Source: Fidelibacterota bacterium | GTDB lineage: Bacteria > Fidelibacterota > JAANXI01 | Reading direction: 5' to 3' | Assembly (NCBI GenBank): GCA_021734025.1 | Contig: JAIPJS010000007.1 | Location: 28,441-92,440 of the forward strand | DNA length: 64,000 bases | Shown here: one piece after another, positions 1 through 9,287 of the stretch | Layout of the letters: the number at the start of each line of letters is the position of its first letter | Position numbering within the stretch: the stretch's first letter is position 1 | Notes under the pieces: generated by a model | Database searches by the model: none | The model's input: the letters and a program-made list of their open reading frames with translations, nothing else | What the model was told of the DNA's origin: nothing | Translations under genes and position numbers: made by a program

Positions 1-330
1 TATAAAGGTATAGCGAGTAGCATTAATCTTAATCATCCCAGAGGGATCCCTGCGGGATAATCTTACTCTTACTCGATTCTACCTTGAAAAGCAGAAAGGA
101 AATGGGAGAAAGGAGAAAGGAACAGATTGAATATCCAACCGATGAATATCGCATGTCCAATGATGACGTGCCCGGCCTATACCCGCCTTGAAGGAAGAAT
201 GAAAAGTGCAGAAGGAAGAATGAAAAAAATCAACTAACAAAAGCGCAGCGAAAGCTGCGACAACAAACGATTACACGGTAACACGATGACACCCTAACAC
301 GTTGTTACTCGAACATTTGCAGACTTCGTA
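1..330. repeat. Mosaic intergenic repeat element, copy A (truncated by window edge). Order of modules: GGTATARG words, TAATCTTA words, near-palindrome cccagaGGGATCCCtgcggg (37-56), block TACTCTTACTCGATTCTACCTTGAAAAGC, GGAGAAAGG words, CAACTAACAA words, hairpin gcagcGAAAgctgc + GACAACAAAC (245-270), then TAACAC words.
   Basis: About 150 nt (1-150) aligns at roughly 85% identity to 23200-23360. The same module order recurs at 13046-13357. Read directly from the sequence. Confidence 0.6.
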
Positions 331-414
331 TATTTTCCCCATTGACTTTTGAAATGGACACAAGTAGACTGCTATTGTATTTAGTTTGTCGTTCGATCCT
401 TTTCGGAGGTACAC

Positions 415-1740
415 ATGGTGAAGCGATTTGTCGTTTTCGTACTAGCATTGTGTGGTGTGCTCATCTCTTCGGTAAGTTTTGCCCAGTTGGGAGAGCATCG
501 GCTCCCAGCCAACGCGGTGATCACTGGCATTGATTTTCACAATAGAAACCACGGAATCATCACAACAGCTGATTCATTGGTGTATCTCGTAAATGTTCAG
601 AACCAGGATTCCGTGAGATTCACACCGGTCAATGTACTGAATATGGCATACCCGGATTTCGCCTCTCTGATTGAAAATCCGGTTTGGTTGAATGATTCAA
701 CGGTCTTTATTACGACATACGAAGGCGTCGGTGGAGATAAGTATCTCAAAATGAGCCAGGATACGGGAAGAACGTGGCAGGAGGTTGCGTATTTCAGCGG
801 ACTGGATTATCCCGGTGAATATTATGCTGTGGGTGATAGTCTGTTGTTCTTTACTATCACGAGTGATGTCGTGGGAAGTATGGGTTTATATATCCTCGAT
901 ATATATGGTGAACAGGGCGATTGGAGGGATTTCCACGATATTTATTCCGGAGGTTTTACGCCTATCAATTCTGATACTGTTGTTTTTACAACGTTTACTG
1001 ACTCGCTAGCATTTTACTCAATTTCGAACGATAGTCTGTGGTTTGTGGAAACCGATCTGAAAAGTCCGCGAAACCGCTCTCCGCTTTTTAGACTCCTTGA
1101 ATATGCCGGCGACGATATATTAATCGGGTCAACATGGTGGCGGGATAGCCCGGACGAACCTGATTCTCTTTTTCGCAGTACCGATGGCGGTAAAACCTGG
1201 TCATTTGTCCTGGAAGGACGCCGATTTACATCGTTCAGTCAAACAAGGTATACCTGGATTGCTGATATTGGGAGTACCCTCCAGGTTTATCAATCCAGAA
1301 ACCAGGGGGGATGGTGGACTGAATTAACTTCAATTTCAGGAGGGAAAGCATTTGCGCCGTCGAGTCCGGTTTACTATTGGATTGGAGCGGATTCCGGGCG
1401 TGTCTATCAAATGTGGTATGGGCCAAATCGTGTCGAAAATTTAAAGAACAATTCATTGCCGCGATCAATTGAGATCAACGCCTATCCCAACCCGTTTAAC
1501 AGTTCGGTGACATTCCGGTTGCAGAACCTGGATCCGAACACGGATTATGACGTTCGCGTGTATAATCTATTGGGGCAACGGATACGCACCATCTTCACTG
1601 GGAATCCGGACAATGATGCGTTATCACTTCGCTGGGATGGGAAGGCCGCTGATGGAACCGCCGTCGGATCCGGTATCTATTTTATCCGGGTGCGGACGGA
1701 AGGATTCCGGATTCACCAGAAGATTTCGTTGGTTCGATAG
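415..1740 (+). CDS. Secreted BNR/Asp-box repeat protein with T9SS (Por) C-terminal sorting domain
   Basis: Signal peptide MVKRFVVFVLALCGVLISSVSFA. Asp-box motifs SQDTGRTW and STDGGKTW. C-terminal ~80 aa match the T9SS sorting-domain pattern (INAYPNPFN...YDVRVYNLLGQRI...ADGTAVGSGIYFIRV). GGAGG ribosome-binding site at 405-409. Confidence 0.7.
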   Translation: MVKRFVVFVLALCGVLISSVSFAQLGEHRLPANAVITGIDFHNRNHGIITTADSLVYLVNVQNQDSVRFTPVNVLNMAYPDFASLIENPVWLNDSTVFITTYEGVGGDKYLKMSQDTGRTWQEVAYFSGLDYPGEYYAVGDSLLFFTITSDVVGSMGLYILDIYGEQGDWRDFHDIYSGGFTPINSDTVVFTTFTDSLAFYSISNDSLWFVETDLKSPRNRSPLFRLLEYAGDDILIGSTWWRDSPDEPDSLFRSTDGGKTWSFVLEGRRFTSFSQTRYTWIADIGSTLQVYQSRNQGGWWTELTSISGGKAFAPSSPVYYWIGADSGRVYQMWYGPNRVENLKNNSLPRSIEINAYPNPFNSSVTFRLQNLDPNTDYDVRVYNLLGQRIRTIFTGNPDNDALSLRWDGKAADGTAVGSGIYFIRVRTEGFRIHQKISLVR

Positions 1741-1892
1741 GCGGGGAATTCCGGAAACGTTCTCTGCGAAAAAAACCGACTCCGCTATTTCATATCGATA
1801 AAAATTTTGTACATTAGTATGAAATTTATCACGGCTATCATATGGTATTACTTATCATTCTTTTGAACCAAAACTCGTACAGGTAGCGTTTC

Positions 1893-2588
1893 ATGTCCAG
1901 TCCGCAAAACTTTATTCCCGGTATATATAATTATTGCGACTATATCTGCGAAAAATGTGTATTTACCAATCGATGTTATCTCTACTGGTCAGAAAATGAT
2001 CCGGAAGCCGCTGATGAGGAAATTGAACTGAGCGCTACCGATCTGGAAGAGTTCATGGATGAGTTCGACGAAAATGTGTTCCGGAATCCGGATCCTGCCG
2101 ATGCTCTGGAGGATTTTGAACCGCCGGGGAGGTACCACCGGACGCACGGTGTGGTGGCGCCGGCCTATGAGATAATTGAAATTCTTGATCCGATTATGGA
2201 GAACCTGGCTGCCTCGAATCGTTATCCGGAGGAAATGACAAAAGCCATCGAATTGGTGCTGGAAAACTATCTGTTGATTTCGGTGAAATACTACCGCGCG
2301 ATCCATAACATCAGCTTTGACACCGGGGTCCATATCTCAGAGATGGAAGTATTTAAATATATGGATGCCGAAAAGATTCTGATGGCGGTAAAGGCGTTTC
2401 TCTGGAACCTTCGGAGCGGAATCGCAACACTGCGTGCCTTTATGCCGGGATACAATACCGAATTTACACAGGCGCTTCAGCTTAGCCATGAGATTGAGGA
2501 GCGCATCGACACCGATTTTCTGCCCGCCACCCGGATTATCCTGAGCCGGCACTCTCATTATTTCGACGACGAAGATCTGGAACCGTAA
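1893..2588 (+). CDS. Hypothetical acidic protein with N-terminal Cys cluster (CDYICEKCVFTNRC)
   Basis: Long ORF with a coding-like composition. No family recognised. Confidence 0.35.
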   Translation: MSSPQNFIPGIYNYCDYICEKCVFTNRCYLYWSENDPEAADEEIELSATDLEEFMDEFDENVFRNPDPADALEDFEPPGRYHRTHGVVAPAYEIIEILDPIMENLAASNRYPEEMTKAIELVLENYLLISVKYYRAIHNISFDTGVHISEMEVFKYMDAEKILMAVKAFLWNLRSGIATLRAFMPGYNTEFTQALQLSHEIEERIDTDFLPATRIILSRHSHYFDDEDLEP

Positions 2589-2953
2589 GTGTATTTCGTA
2601 CTGCGTATTGCGTAAAAGGCCTTAGTACAGCGTTTTAGAGGTATTATTGATAATATCATGAGTTTAGCGTTTTCAGCTCGTGGTCCGTGGTTAACCCTCT
2701 AATCGGCTTAACTATGGAGTAAAGGTCTTAACTATAACACTGTAACACTTTTCCAGCCTCCGGTTTCCGCACAACCTATTTACAATTCCCAGGTCGTTTG
2801 TAACCCATATCCGGTTTTTCTCTCTAATAAATAAAGCAAAGCAAATTGGTGTGGAAGTTGAATGACTCAATCGTATGGTGAATCCCATGGAAATGGTTAT
2901 ATTTATACCATAGATGAGATTGGGATAAAATATAACCAAATCGGGATACAGGG

Positions 2954-3550
2954 ATGAATGAACTATCGATTGAGGAAGAACGGGAGTTGGTTTCCCGCGC
3001 CAAAGAAGGCGACAAGAAGGCGCTGGCAAAGCTCGTGGATGCCTACCAGGAGCCGATTTATCACACGGCGCTCAAGATGACCAAAAACGAAGAAGATGCA
3101 GAGGATGTTTTACAGGAGACGTTTCTGACCATGGTGGAAAAGTTGTATCAATTTCGGGCCGATGCCCGCCTGTATACATGGCTCTACCGCATTGCGGTCA
3201 ACAATGTGTACAAGCGAACCCGGACAACCCAAAAACACGAAGCCATGGATATCGACGATCCGGACGTGCAGCAGATCCACGGTCAAAACCTGAGCGAGTG
3301 GCCGGAGACGGGCGAACTGTTAGGTGAGCGGGAATGGATTCGTGACGTGCTGGCCGATGCCCTCAACGAATTGCCGGAAAAGTACCGGACGATCTTTGTA
3401 CTCCGGGACATCCAGGGGCTCTCCATCAAAGAGACACAGAACATCCTGGACATCTCCGAGAGTAATGTGAAGGTCCGCCTGATGCGGGCCAGAAACTATC
3501 TGCGTGAACAGCTCTCCACATCATTGGAAGAGGGGGTGCATTATGAATAA
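2954..3550 (+). CDS. RNA polymerase ECF-type sigma-70 factor
   Basis: Region 2 and region 4 motifs: LVDAYQEPIYHTALKMTKNEEDAEDVLQETFL, YTWLYRIAVN, IFVLRDIQGLSIKETQNILDISESNVKVRLMRAR. Confidence 0.85.
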   Translation: MNELSIEEERELVSRAKEGDKKALAKLVDAYQEPIYHTALKMTKNEEDAEDVLQETFLTMVEKLYQFRADARLYTWLYRIAVNNVYKRTRTTQKHEAMDIDDPDVQQIHGQNLSEWPETGELLGEREWIRDVLADALNELPEKYRTIFVLRDIQGLSIKETQNILDISESNVKVRLMRARNYLREQLSTSLEEGVHYE

Positions 3551-3821
3551 ATCCCACAATCACCAACAGACGTTCCAGAAATTATGCGACGATATCAGCA
3601 CCGATATCGATGCCGAACTCTGCGATGAGGTGAAAGAACATCTGAAGGACTGTCCCGATTGTCAGGTGTATGTGGATACGCTCCGTGAGACGGTGTATCT
3701 CTACCGTGGTGCAGCAAAACAGGACGAGGATGAAGGTATCCCGGACGACGTATCGGATCGGCTGTTCAAGGTGCTGAAACTTGATAAAATCCGTGAAGAC
3801 ATAAAAGGAGACTCACTATGA
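3543..3821 (+). CDS. Anti-sigma factor, zf-HC2 type (H-x3-C-x2-C: HLKDCPDCQ)
   Basis: Its ATG overlaps the sigma-factor stop (ATGAATAA), the typical sigma/anti-sigma coupling. Small acidic protein carrying the HxxxCxxC motif. Confidence 0.6.
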   Translation: MNKSHNHQQTFQKLCDDISTDIDAELCDEVKEHLKDCPDCQVYVDTLRETVYLYRGAAKQDEDEGIPDDVSDRLFKVLKLDKIREDIKGDSL

Positions 3822-4018
3822 ATGAAAACACAACTGATCGCGTACTTCGTGTCATTATTGGACTGGTTCTTTTAGCGATTGGCATATTTGGATTACAGGG
3901 TACGCTGGCATGGATTCTTGGAATTGTCGGTGGTATCCTTGCGGTGACCGGACTCACCGGTTTTTGCCTGCTGTATAAGCTGCTCGGGATCTCTACAAAA
4001 AAGGCCACCGAAAAGTAG
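3818..4018 (+). CDS. DUF2892 (YgaP-like) small inner-membrane protein
   Basis: Two TM helices and the motif LTGLTGFCLLYKLLGIST. ATGA overlap with the stop of the upstream gene. Confidence 0.6.
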   Translation: MNENTTDRVLRVIIGLVLLAIGIFGLQGTLAWILGIVGGILAVTGLTGFCLLYKLLGISTKKATEK

Positions 4019-4099
4019 GACCGCTGAATGTTGAAGCAACTGACCAGACTGCAGGCGACGCAAAACTAACATCGACAAAGCATCGGGATTTCTGAGATA

Positions 4100-4462
4100 G
4101 TGGAAGAGACACGCTTTGCGCTAAGCACAAACGACTATAAAAATCTGTCCAATGATTCGTTTGGCCAGAGCCATTACTTTCAGGTCTATCGGATAACCGG
4201 TAACGACGAGGTGACGCTGGTCGATACCCTGGAAAATGTATTATTTATGCAGGCTTGTGACATCCAGGGGCGTGCCGAACATCTGCACGGGTTGCTCAGC
4301 GAAGTTCCCTATCTGATGGGGCACGGGTTTGAGGAGCAAATTCAACAAAAACTCACCAATTCGGGACACGTATTGATAGAAGTGAAGCCGGGGAAACTGG
4401 ATCATGTGTTGGAACAGATCAAAAACGGGGAATTGTTACCGGGTCAAACCAAAAGGAACTGA
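4100..4462 (+). CDS. NifB/NifX-family (dinitrogenase FeMo-cofactor-binding-like) small protein
   Basis: SFGQSHYFQVYRI matches the HFGxAxxFxIYE pattern of PF02579. About 120 aa. Confidence 0.5.
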   Translation: MEETRFALSTNDYKNLSNDSFGQSHYFQVYRITGNDEVTLVDTLENVLFMQACDIQGRAEHLHGLLSEVPYLMGHGFEEQIQQKLTNSGHVLIEVKPGKLDHVLEQIKNGELLPGQTKRN

Positions 4463-4467
4463 ATACA

Positions 4468-4977
4468 GTGAAATACTTGCAAAATCCATGGATTAAATTT
4501 TCCCTTGTCATTGTAGTGGCCGGATTATTCCTCTGGCAGGTAACGGGGAAAACGTCGGACGCAGCCAGCGCGGCGGATTTTACCCTGACGAACCAGCATG
4601 GCGAAGAGATTAGTCTCAGCGATTACCGGGGCGAGGTCGTCATCCTGGACTTTTGGGCAACCTGGTGTCCACCGTGTAAGGCCGAGATTCCCGGCTTTGT
4701 GGACCTGTACGAAAAATACGGAGACGAAAATCTGGAGATCATCGGGATATCTCTGGACCGGGATGGCTGGAACGCGGTTCGTCCTTTCCTGGAGGAATAC
4801 GACGTGAACTATCCGGTGGCGTTAGGCAATCAGCAATTGGTGGAGCAGTACGGGAATATTCGGAGTATACCTACAACGTTTGTCATTGGAAAAGACGGGG
4901 AAATCCGGCGGAAATATGTGGGCTTCCGGGAGGATGTAGTATTTGAGCAGGATTACCGCGAATTTGTTTCCGAATGA
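4468..4977 (+). CDS. TlpA/ResA-like thiol:disulfide oxidoreductase (thioredoxin fold, WCPPC)
   Basis: N-terminal TM/signal segment. WATWCPPCKAEIP active site. IIGISLD. Confidence 0.8.
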   Translation: MKYLQNPWIKFSLVIVVAGLFLWQVTGKTSDAASAADFTLTNQHGEEISLSDYRGEVVILDFWATWCPPCKAEIPGFVDLYEKYGDENLEIIGISLDRDGWNAVRPFLEEYDVNYPVALGNQQLVEQYGNIRSIPTTFVIGKDGEIRRKYVGFREDVVFEQDYREFVSE

Positions 4978-5033
4978 AATGTGAACGCTCTTGAGACGAT
5001 TTATATAACAATTCAACGGCAGTAAACGAACGA

Positions 5034-5078
5034 CAGGCGTAGATGTTGAAAACATTTACGCCTGTTCTCATTTTTAAT
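5034..5078 (+). terminator. Rho-independent terminator (stem acaggcgta/tacgcctgt followed by a T-run)
   Basis: Hairpin 5034-5066, then tctcattttt...ttttt. Confidence 0.5.
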
Positions 5079-5413
5079 AATAATTTTTGTCTTTTTCTCT
5101 TTGGGTATAATTAAACAGAACCCCAATCCACCGGATCGCCGGAAGGATATTTCCGGGAAATTGTTTATATTTTCAACAGCTGAGAACTGAGCACCCGTCC
5201 TAAAACGGTTTAAAGAGGAGGCTGGGCCCGGAGATAGGATTTGGATTACAATGAGATTGCTTCGGAATCAAAAAGCGTTATTTAAAAAGGGTTGGTACAA
5301 AATTTGAAGTTTTATTTACACAATTCAGACCATTTTTATTCCGGAGTCTTTATCACCGGGCCTGAAATTTTCGAGATGTAATACATTCAACGCCATGATG
5401 AAAGGAGCAAGTT

Positions 5414-6709
5414 ATGGCAAATATATTTGACAAGATGGCAGCCATCCGATCAGATATTTGCAGCGAACGAAGCCTGTTACTAACGGAAAAGGGCGATGAA
5501 CAACTGGATACCGTCACCGTGAAGCAAGCGCACGGCGGTATGCGCGGCGTAAAAGCGATGATCTGTGATACATCGCTAGTGGAGCCGGACAAGGGATTGA
5601 TAATCCGGGGCTACCCACTCCTGGAGATTAAAGATCTCTGGCCGGAAGATGTTTTTCTCCTGTTATTGACCGGGGAAAAGCCGACGGAGGAAGATCGGGC
5701 GGATCTGCTGAAGGAATATGATAAGCGCGCCGAGATACCCGATCACGTCTGGGATGTTCTGCGCGGGATGGCAAAAGACAGCCATCCGATGACCATGCTC
5801 AGCACCGGAATTATGGCACTGGAAAATGAGAGCGTGTTTGACGAGAAGTATAACGAAGGCGTGGAAAAGACCGATTACTGGAAGTACTACCTGGAAGATG
5901 CGTTGAATCTTCTGGCGAAACTACCCGGCCTGGCTGCGGGCATTTATAAAATCCGATTTGACAAAGGTGAGCCGGTTGGCTGGACAAAAGGGCTAGACTG
6001 GGGCGCCAATTATGCCAAGATGCTTGGCGTGTCGGACAAGGAAGACTTTACGGAACTTATGCGCCTCTACCTGATGTTCCACTGTGACCATGAAGGCGGT
6101 AACGTGTCGGCGAATACGTGCCACACGGTCGGATCAGCGCTGTCGAACGCGTATTACTCTGTTTCCGCAGGATTAAACGGTTTGGCTGGTTTCCTCCACG
6201 GGATGGCCAACCAGGAATGCCTGGGCTGGATACTGGAAGTCATGGATAAGTTCGACGGTACACCCAGTGAAGATCAGCTGCGCGATTTCGCCTGGGAAAC
6301 TCTGAAATCGGGTAAAGTAATTCCCGGATACGGACATGCCGTATTACGCGTAACCGACCCACGATTCAAGGGTTTTCTGGAATTCGGTAAAGAACATCTG
6401 CCCGAAGATCCGGTATTTAAAACAGTGCATCACGTCTATAACGTGGTGCCTGATGTGCTTAAGGAATTCTCCGAAGAGCGCGTGAAAGCCGGCAAAAATC
6501 CGATCGGTAATCCATGGCCAAACGTGGACGCCGGATCCGGATCACTGCTCTATCATTACGGATTAACGGAATTCTCGTACTACACCGTACTGTTCGGGAT
6601 CAGCCGGGCCATGGGGATGCTCTCGCAGCTCGTGCTAAACCGTGCACTCGGGGTTCCGATTACCCGTCCGAAATCGGTTGGGACAAATTACATCAAGAAT
6701 AACGTCTGA
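5414..6709 (+). CDS. gltA: Citrate synthase
   Basis: GGMRG, HCDHEGGNVS, LHGMANQ and the catalytic His/Asp context. 431 aa. Confidence 0.9.
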   Translation: MANIFDKMAAIRSDICSERSLLLTEKGDEQLDTVTVKQAHGGMRGVKAMICDTSLVEPDKGLIIRGYPLLEIKDLWPEDVFLLLLTGEKPTEEDRADLLKEYDKRAEIPDHVWDVLRGMAKDSHPMTMLSTGIMALENESVFDEKYNEGVEKTDYWKYYLEDALNLLAKLPGLAAGIYKIRFDKGEPVGWTKGLDWGANYAKMLGVSDKEDFTELMRLYLMFHCDHEGGNVSANTCHTVGSALSNAYYSVSAGLNGLAGFLHGMANQECLGWILEVMDKFDGTPSEDQLRDFAWETLKSGKVIPGYGHAVLRVTDPRFKGFLEFGKEHLPEDPVFKTVHHVYNVVPDVLKEFSEERVKAGKNPIGNPWPNVDAGSGSLLYHYGLTEFSYYTVLFGISRAMGMLSQLVLNRALGVPITRPKSVGTNYIKNNV

Positions 6710-6733
6710 CCGAAATCGAAATACGCTGGTACG

Positions 6734-6766
6734 AAAAAAGGCCGTCGCAAGGCGGCCTTTTTTTTA
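6734..6766 (+). terminator. Rho-independent terminator (ggccgtcgcaaggcggcc + T8)
   Basis: Perfect GC hairpin followed by tttttttt, immediately after the gltA stop. Confidence 0.7.
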
Positions 6767-6872
6767 TGTTTGCGGGGCAGGATTTATAGAAAATCCATCC
6801 TTCTGTTTTATTTCATGAAAATTAAATCCTAACTTCTATACGTTTTCAATGAAACTGGGATAACAGAATTAT

Positions 6873-7832
6873 GTGCTCTGTGCCAAAGCTCATATATGGT
6901 TTAAAATGAACAGGAATTCCTTTCTTACCAGCCTCCGGCAGCCTGCCGAAAAACTCAGCCTCTGGTTCCGACACCAGTTGTTCCCGGCATTCGGCTATGC
7001 GTTGAAAGATTTTTTCATCACCGACCGGGTGCCGAACCTGGCTGCCAGTCTGGCGTTTTTTACGCTGCTCTCGTTTATCCCGCTTGTCGTACTGATAACC
7101 GCAAGTTTCGGGTATGTGATGGAGAGCTCTGAAGTGGCATATCAACAGGTGTTGGACCTGTTGACCCAAATCGCACCGCATTCCGTCTCCAGTACCTTTC
7201 CAATGATTAACGAACTCATCTCCCTCCGGTTTACGGCCGGGTGGATTGGTGCATTGGTGTTGCTCTGGGCCGGCAGCCGGGTGTTTGATATCCTGGAATC
7301 TTCGCTGAACCGGGTCTGGACCCTGAGAGAAGATCGTCCGTTCCTGAAGAAGACCGGCTTAGCCCTGGTGCTCGTGCCGGGGATGGCGCTGTTCCTTGGG
7401 GCATCACTGGGATTATCCACGCTTTACAGTATTTCGCAAAAATTTGAGATCCCATGGCTGGATGTTCGGCTGGAAGATATTCCGGTGTTCTGGAATTTAA
7501 TCGGCAATCTTATTCCGATTATCGTGAGTGTGATGGGATTTTATATCGTATACCGGTTGATTGCCGCGGCAAAAGTGCATCCCAAAGATGCCCTCATCGG
7601 AGCGCTGACGGCTGGGCTTCTCTGGGAAATCATTAAGCGCGGTTACGACTATTGGGTTTCCAATATCTGGCAAGTCAGCGCGATTTTTGGTGGACTGGGG
7701 ACTCTGGCAGTGTTTGTCATCTGGGTGTACCTGTCGTGCATGATCCTCCTCTTCGGCGCCGAAGTGGCGTACAACTGGCAGCTGGTTGAGGAAGGCCGGG
7801 AGGACGATTACGGCTATTTTGATCCAGAGTGA
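6873..7832 (+). CDS. YihY/BrkB family membrane protein (alternative start at 6906)
   Basis: LAASLAFFTLLSFIPLVVLI. Multiple TM helices. C-terminal FGAEVAYNW. Confidence 0.7.
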   Translation: MLCAKAHIWFKMNRNSFLTSLRQPAEKLSLWFRHQLFPAFGYALKDFFITDRVPNLAASLAFFTLLSFIPLVVLITASFGYVMESSEVAYQQVLDLLTQIAPHSVSSTFPMINELISLRFTAGWIGALVLLWAGSRVFDILESSLNRVWTLREDRPFLKKTGLALVLVPGMALFLGASLGLSTLYSISQKFEIPWLDVRLEDIPVFWNLIGNLIPIIVSVMGFYIVYRLIAAAKVHPKDALIGALTAGLLWEIIKRGYDYWVSNIWQVSAIFGGLGTLAVFVIWVYLSCMILLFGAEVAYNWQLVEEGREDDYGYFDPE

Positions 7833-8098
7833 GTGTGGTGATACATTCCTATATGGTCACGGGACGCTTTCATAGGGATTAAAAATTTGATCGTGATGTT
7901 CAGTTAAAGCAGAGAAAGGAGAAGGGAGAAAGCAGAATGGAGCTATCCTGTATGTAATCGTTCATGGCTCTTTCCGGTCTCCTGTCTCCGATCTCCCCTA
8001 TATACCCTTATACCCAAATTCCTGGTTTTTTCCGATGTCAATCTGGAAACGTTTTTATATATTGCATGAAAAGAGGAGAACCCGGGAGGAGAACGACC
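7833..8098. repeat. Partial mosaic intergenic repeat: GAGAAAGGAGAAGGGAGAAAG words plus reverse-orientation cccctatatacccttataccc, which is the reverse complement of the GGTATAAGG words
   Basis: Word arrays match the modules of the elements at 1-330, 13046-13357 and 23171-23550. Confidence 0.4.
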
Positions 8099-8464
8099 AT
8101 GTACGGATTTTGTCATATCGAGATTCCTACCACAAATGTCGAAAAGTCAAAACAGTTTTATGAGCAGGTCTTCGGGTGGGATACCGAAAGCATACCGGAT
8201 ATGAATTATACGACGTTTACGCCTGAGGATGGGCCGGCCGGCGGATTTCGGACTGTCGACTCCATTGATGACTCCAAGGGTGTGCTGGTGTATATCCAGG
8301 TGGAAGAAATAGAGGAAATGTTGGATAAAATCGCTCAGCATGGTGGAGAAATTCTCAAGGAGAAGGATGCCGTCGCTGATATGGGATGGGAGGCGCACTT
8401 TGCCGATCCGTCCGGTGTCGTCATGGGTATTTGGGAGGCAAAGGAAGAGGCCGATTCCGAATAA
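8099..8464 (+). CDS. VOC (glyoxalase/bleomycin-resistance) family protein
   Basis: HIEIPTTNVEKSKQFYEQVFGW...GGEI. A ribosome-binding site (GGGAGGAG) precedes the ATG at 8099. Confidence 0.65.
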   Translation: MYGFCHIEIPTTNVEKSKQFYEQVFGWDTESIPDMNYTTFTPEDGPAGGFRTVDSIDDSKGVLVYIQVEEIEEMLDKIAQHGGEILKEKDAVADMGWEAHFADPSGVVMGIWEAKEEADSE

Positions 8465-8497
8465 ATCTTCCGGGCATGTGTAATTTGTAGCGATCGT

Positions 8498-8545
8498 ATC
8501 CCGCCAATCACTCGAATCCGGTTGGCGGGATTTTTATTGATTTTT
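8498..8545 (+). terminator. Rho-independent terminator (atcccgccaa...ttggcgggat + T-run)
   Basis: 10-bp stem followed by tttttattgatttttt. Confidence 0.55.
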
Positions 8546-8548
8546 TAC

Positions 8549-8568
8549 TTGACCGACCAGTCAGTCAA
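8549..8568 (+). promoter_or_regulatory. Candidate TetR operator: imperfect palindrome TTGACCGAC-cag-TCAGTCAA, 19 nt upstream of the tetR-like gene
   Basis: Inverted repeat read directly in the sequence. Its position suits autoregulation. Confidence 0.4.
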
Positions 8569-8586
8569 ATTTATATTGCTATCGTT

Positions 8587-9216
8587 ATGGTGCCCAAACG
8601 AGTCGATAAAGAAGCCCGAAGACGTACTATCCTCAACGCGGCTATGGAGATTTTCTCAAAGAAAGGGCTTGCGGGTACAACTATCCAGGAAATTGCTGAG
8701 CAGGCCGAGATAGGCAAGGGAACCGTCTACGAATACTTCGACAGTAAGGATGCTATCCTCGCTGGCGCCTTCGATTATCTTATGGAGGAAATGAGTTCAT
8801 TTTTTGTTCGGGAAATCCGGGGCGATATGTCACCGGAAGAAAAGCTCCGGAGTTTTTTCCAGGGTATGACACAATTTATGGGAAGCACCCACGGTGATGT
8901 CGCTGAAATGCTGCTTGTCTTCTGGGCTGAGGGTATTCTGGAAAGTCCGGTGAATAACGCAGGGGCGGTACCCGGGAGTTTTGATCTGGAATCGATATAC
9001 ACCGAGTACAGTGCCATTCTAACGGACATTATCAAAGAGGGAAAACGAACCGGCGATTTCCGGTCTGACGTTAACAGCGAACATCTGGCGGCCGCTATTA
9101 TCGGTTCGCTGGATGGGTTAATGCTGCAGTGGGTGATCTACCAGAAGGATTTTCCGTTGGAAAATATTGCTGAATCGTACGTGGATATGGTGTTGAAGGG
9201 GGTACAAGCGCAATGA
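8587..9216 (+). CDS. TetR/AcrR family transcriptional regulator
   Basis: Helix-turn-helix ILNAAMEIFSKKGLAGTTIQEIAEQAEIGKGTVYEYF. Confidence 0.85.
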   Translation: MVPKRVDKEARRRTILNAAMEIFSKKGLAGTTIQEIAEQAEIGKGTVYEYFDSKDAILAGAFDYLMEEMSSFFVREIRGDMSPEEKLRSFFQGMTQFMGSTHGDVAEMLLVFWAEGILESPVNNAGAVPGSFDLESIYTEYSAILTDIIKEGKRTGDFRSDVNSEHLAAAIIGSLDGLMLQWVIYQKDFPLENIAESYVDMVLKGVQAQ

Positions 9217-9287
9217 GGGATTTCCAGAGATTCGATGGGCTTCCCATCGCTGGGAGAAAATGTAATTTTTGGAACTGGAGTTCGATT

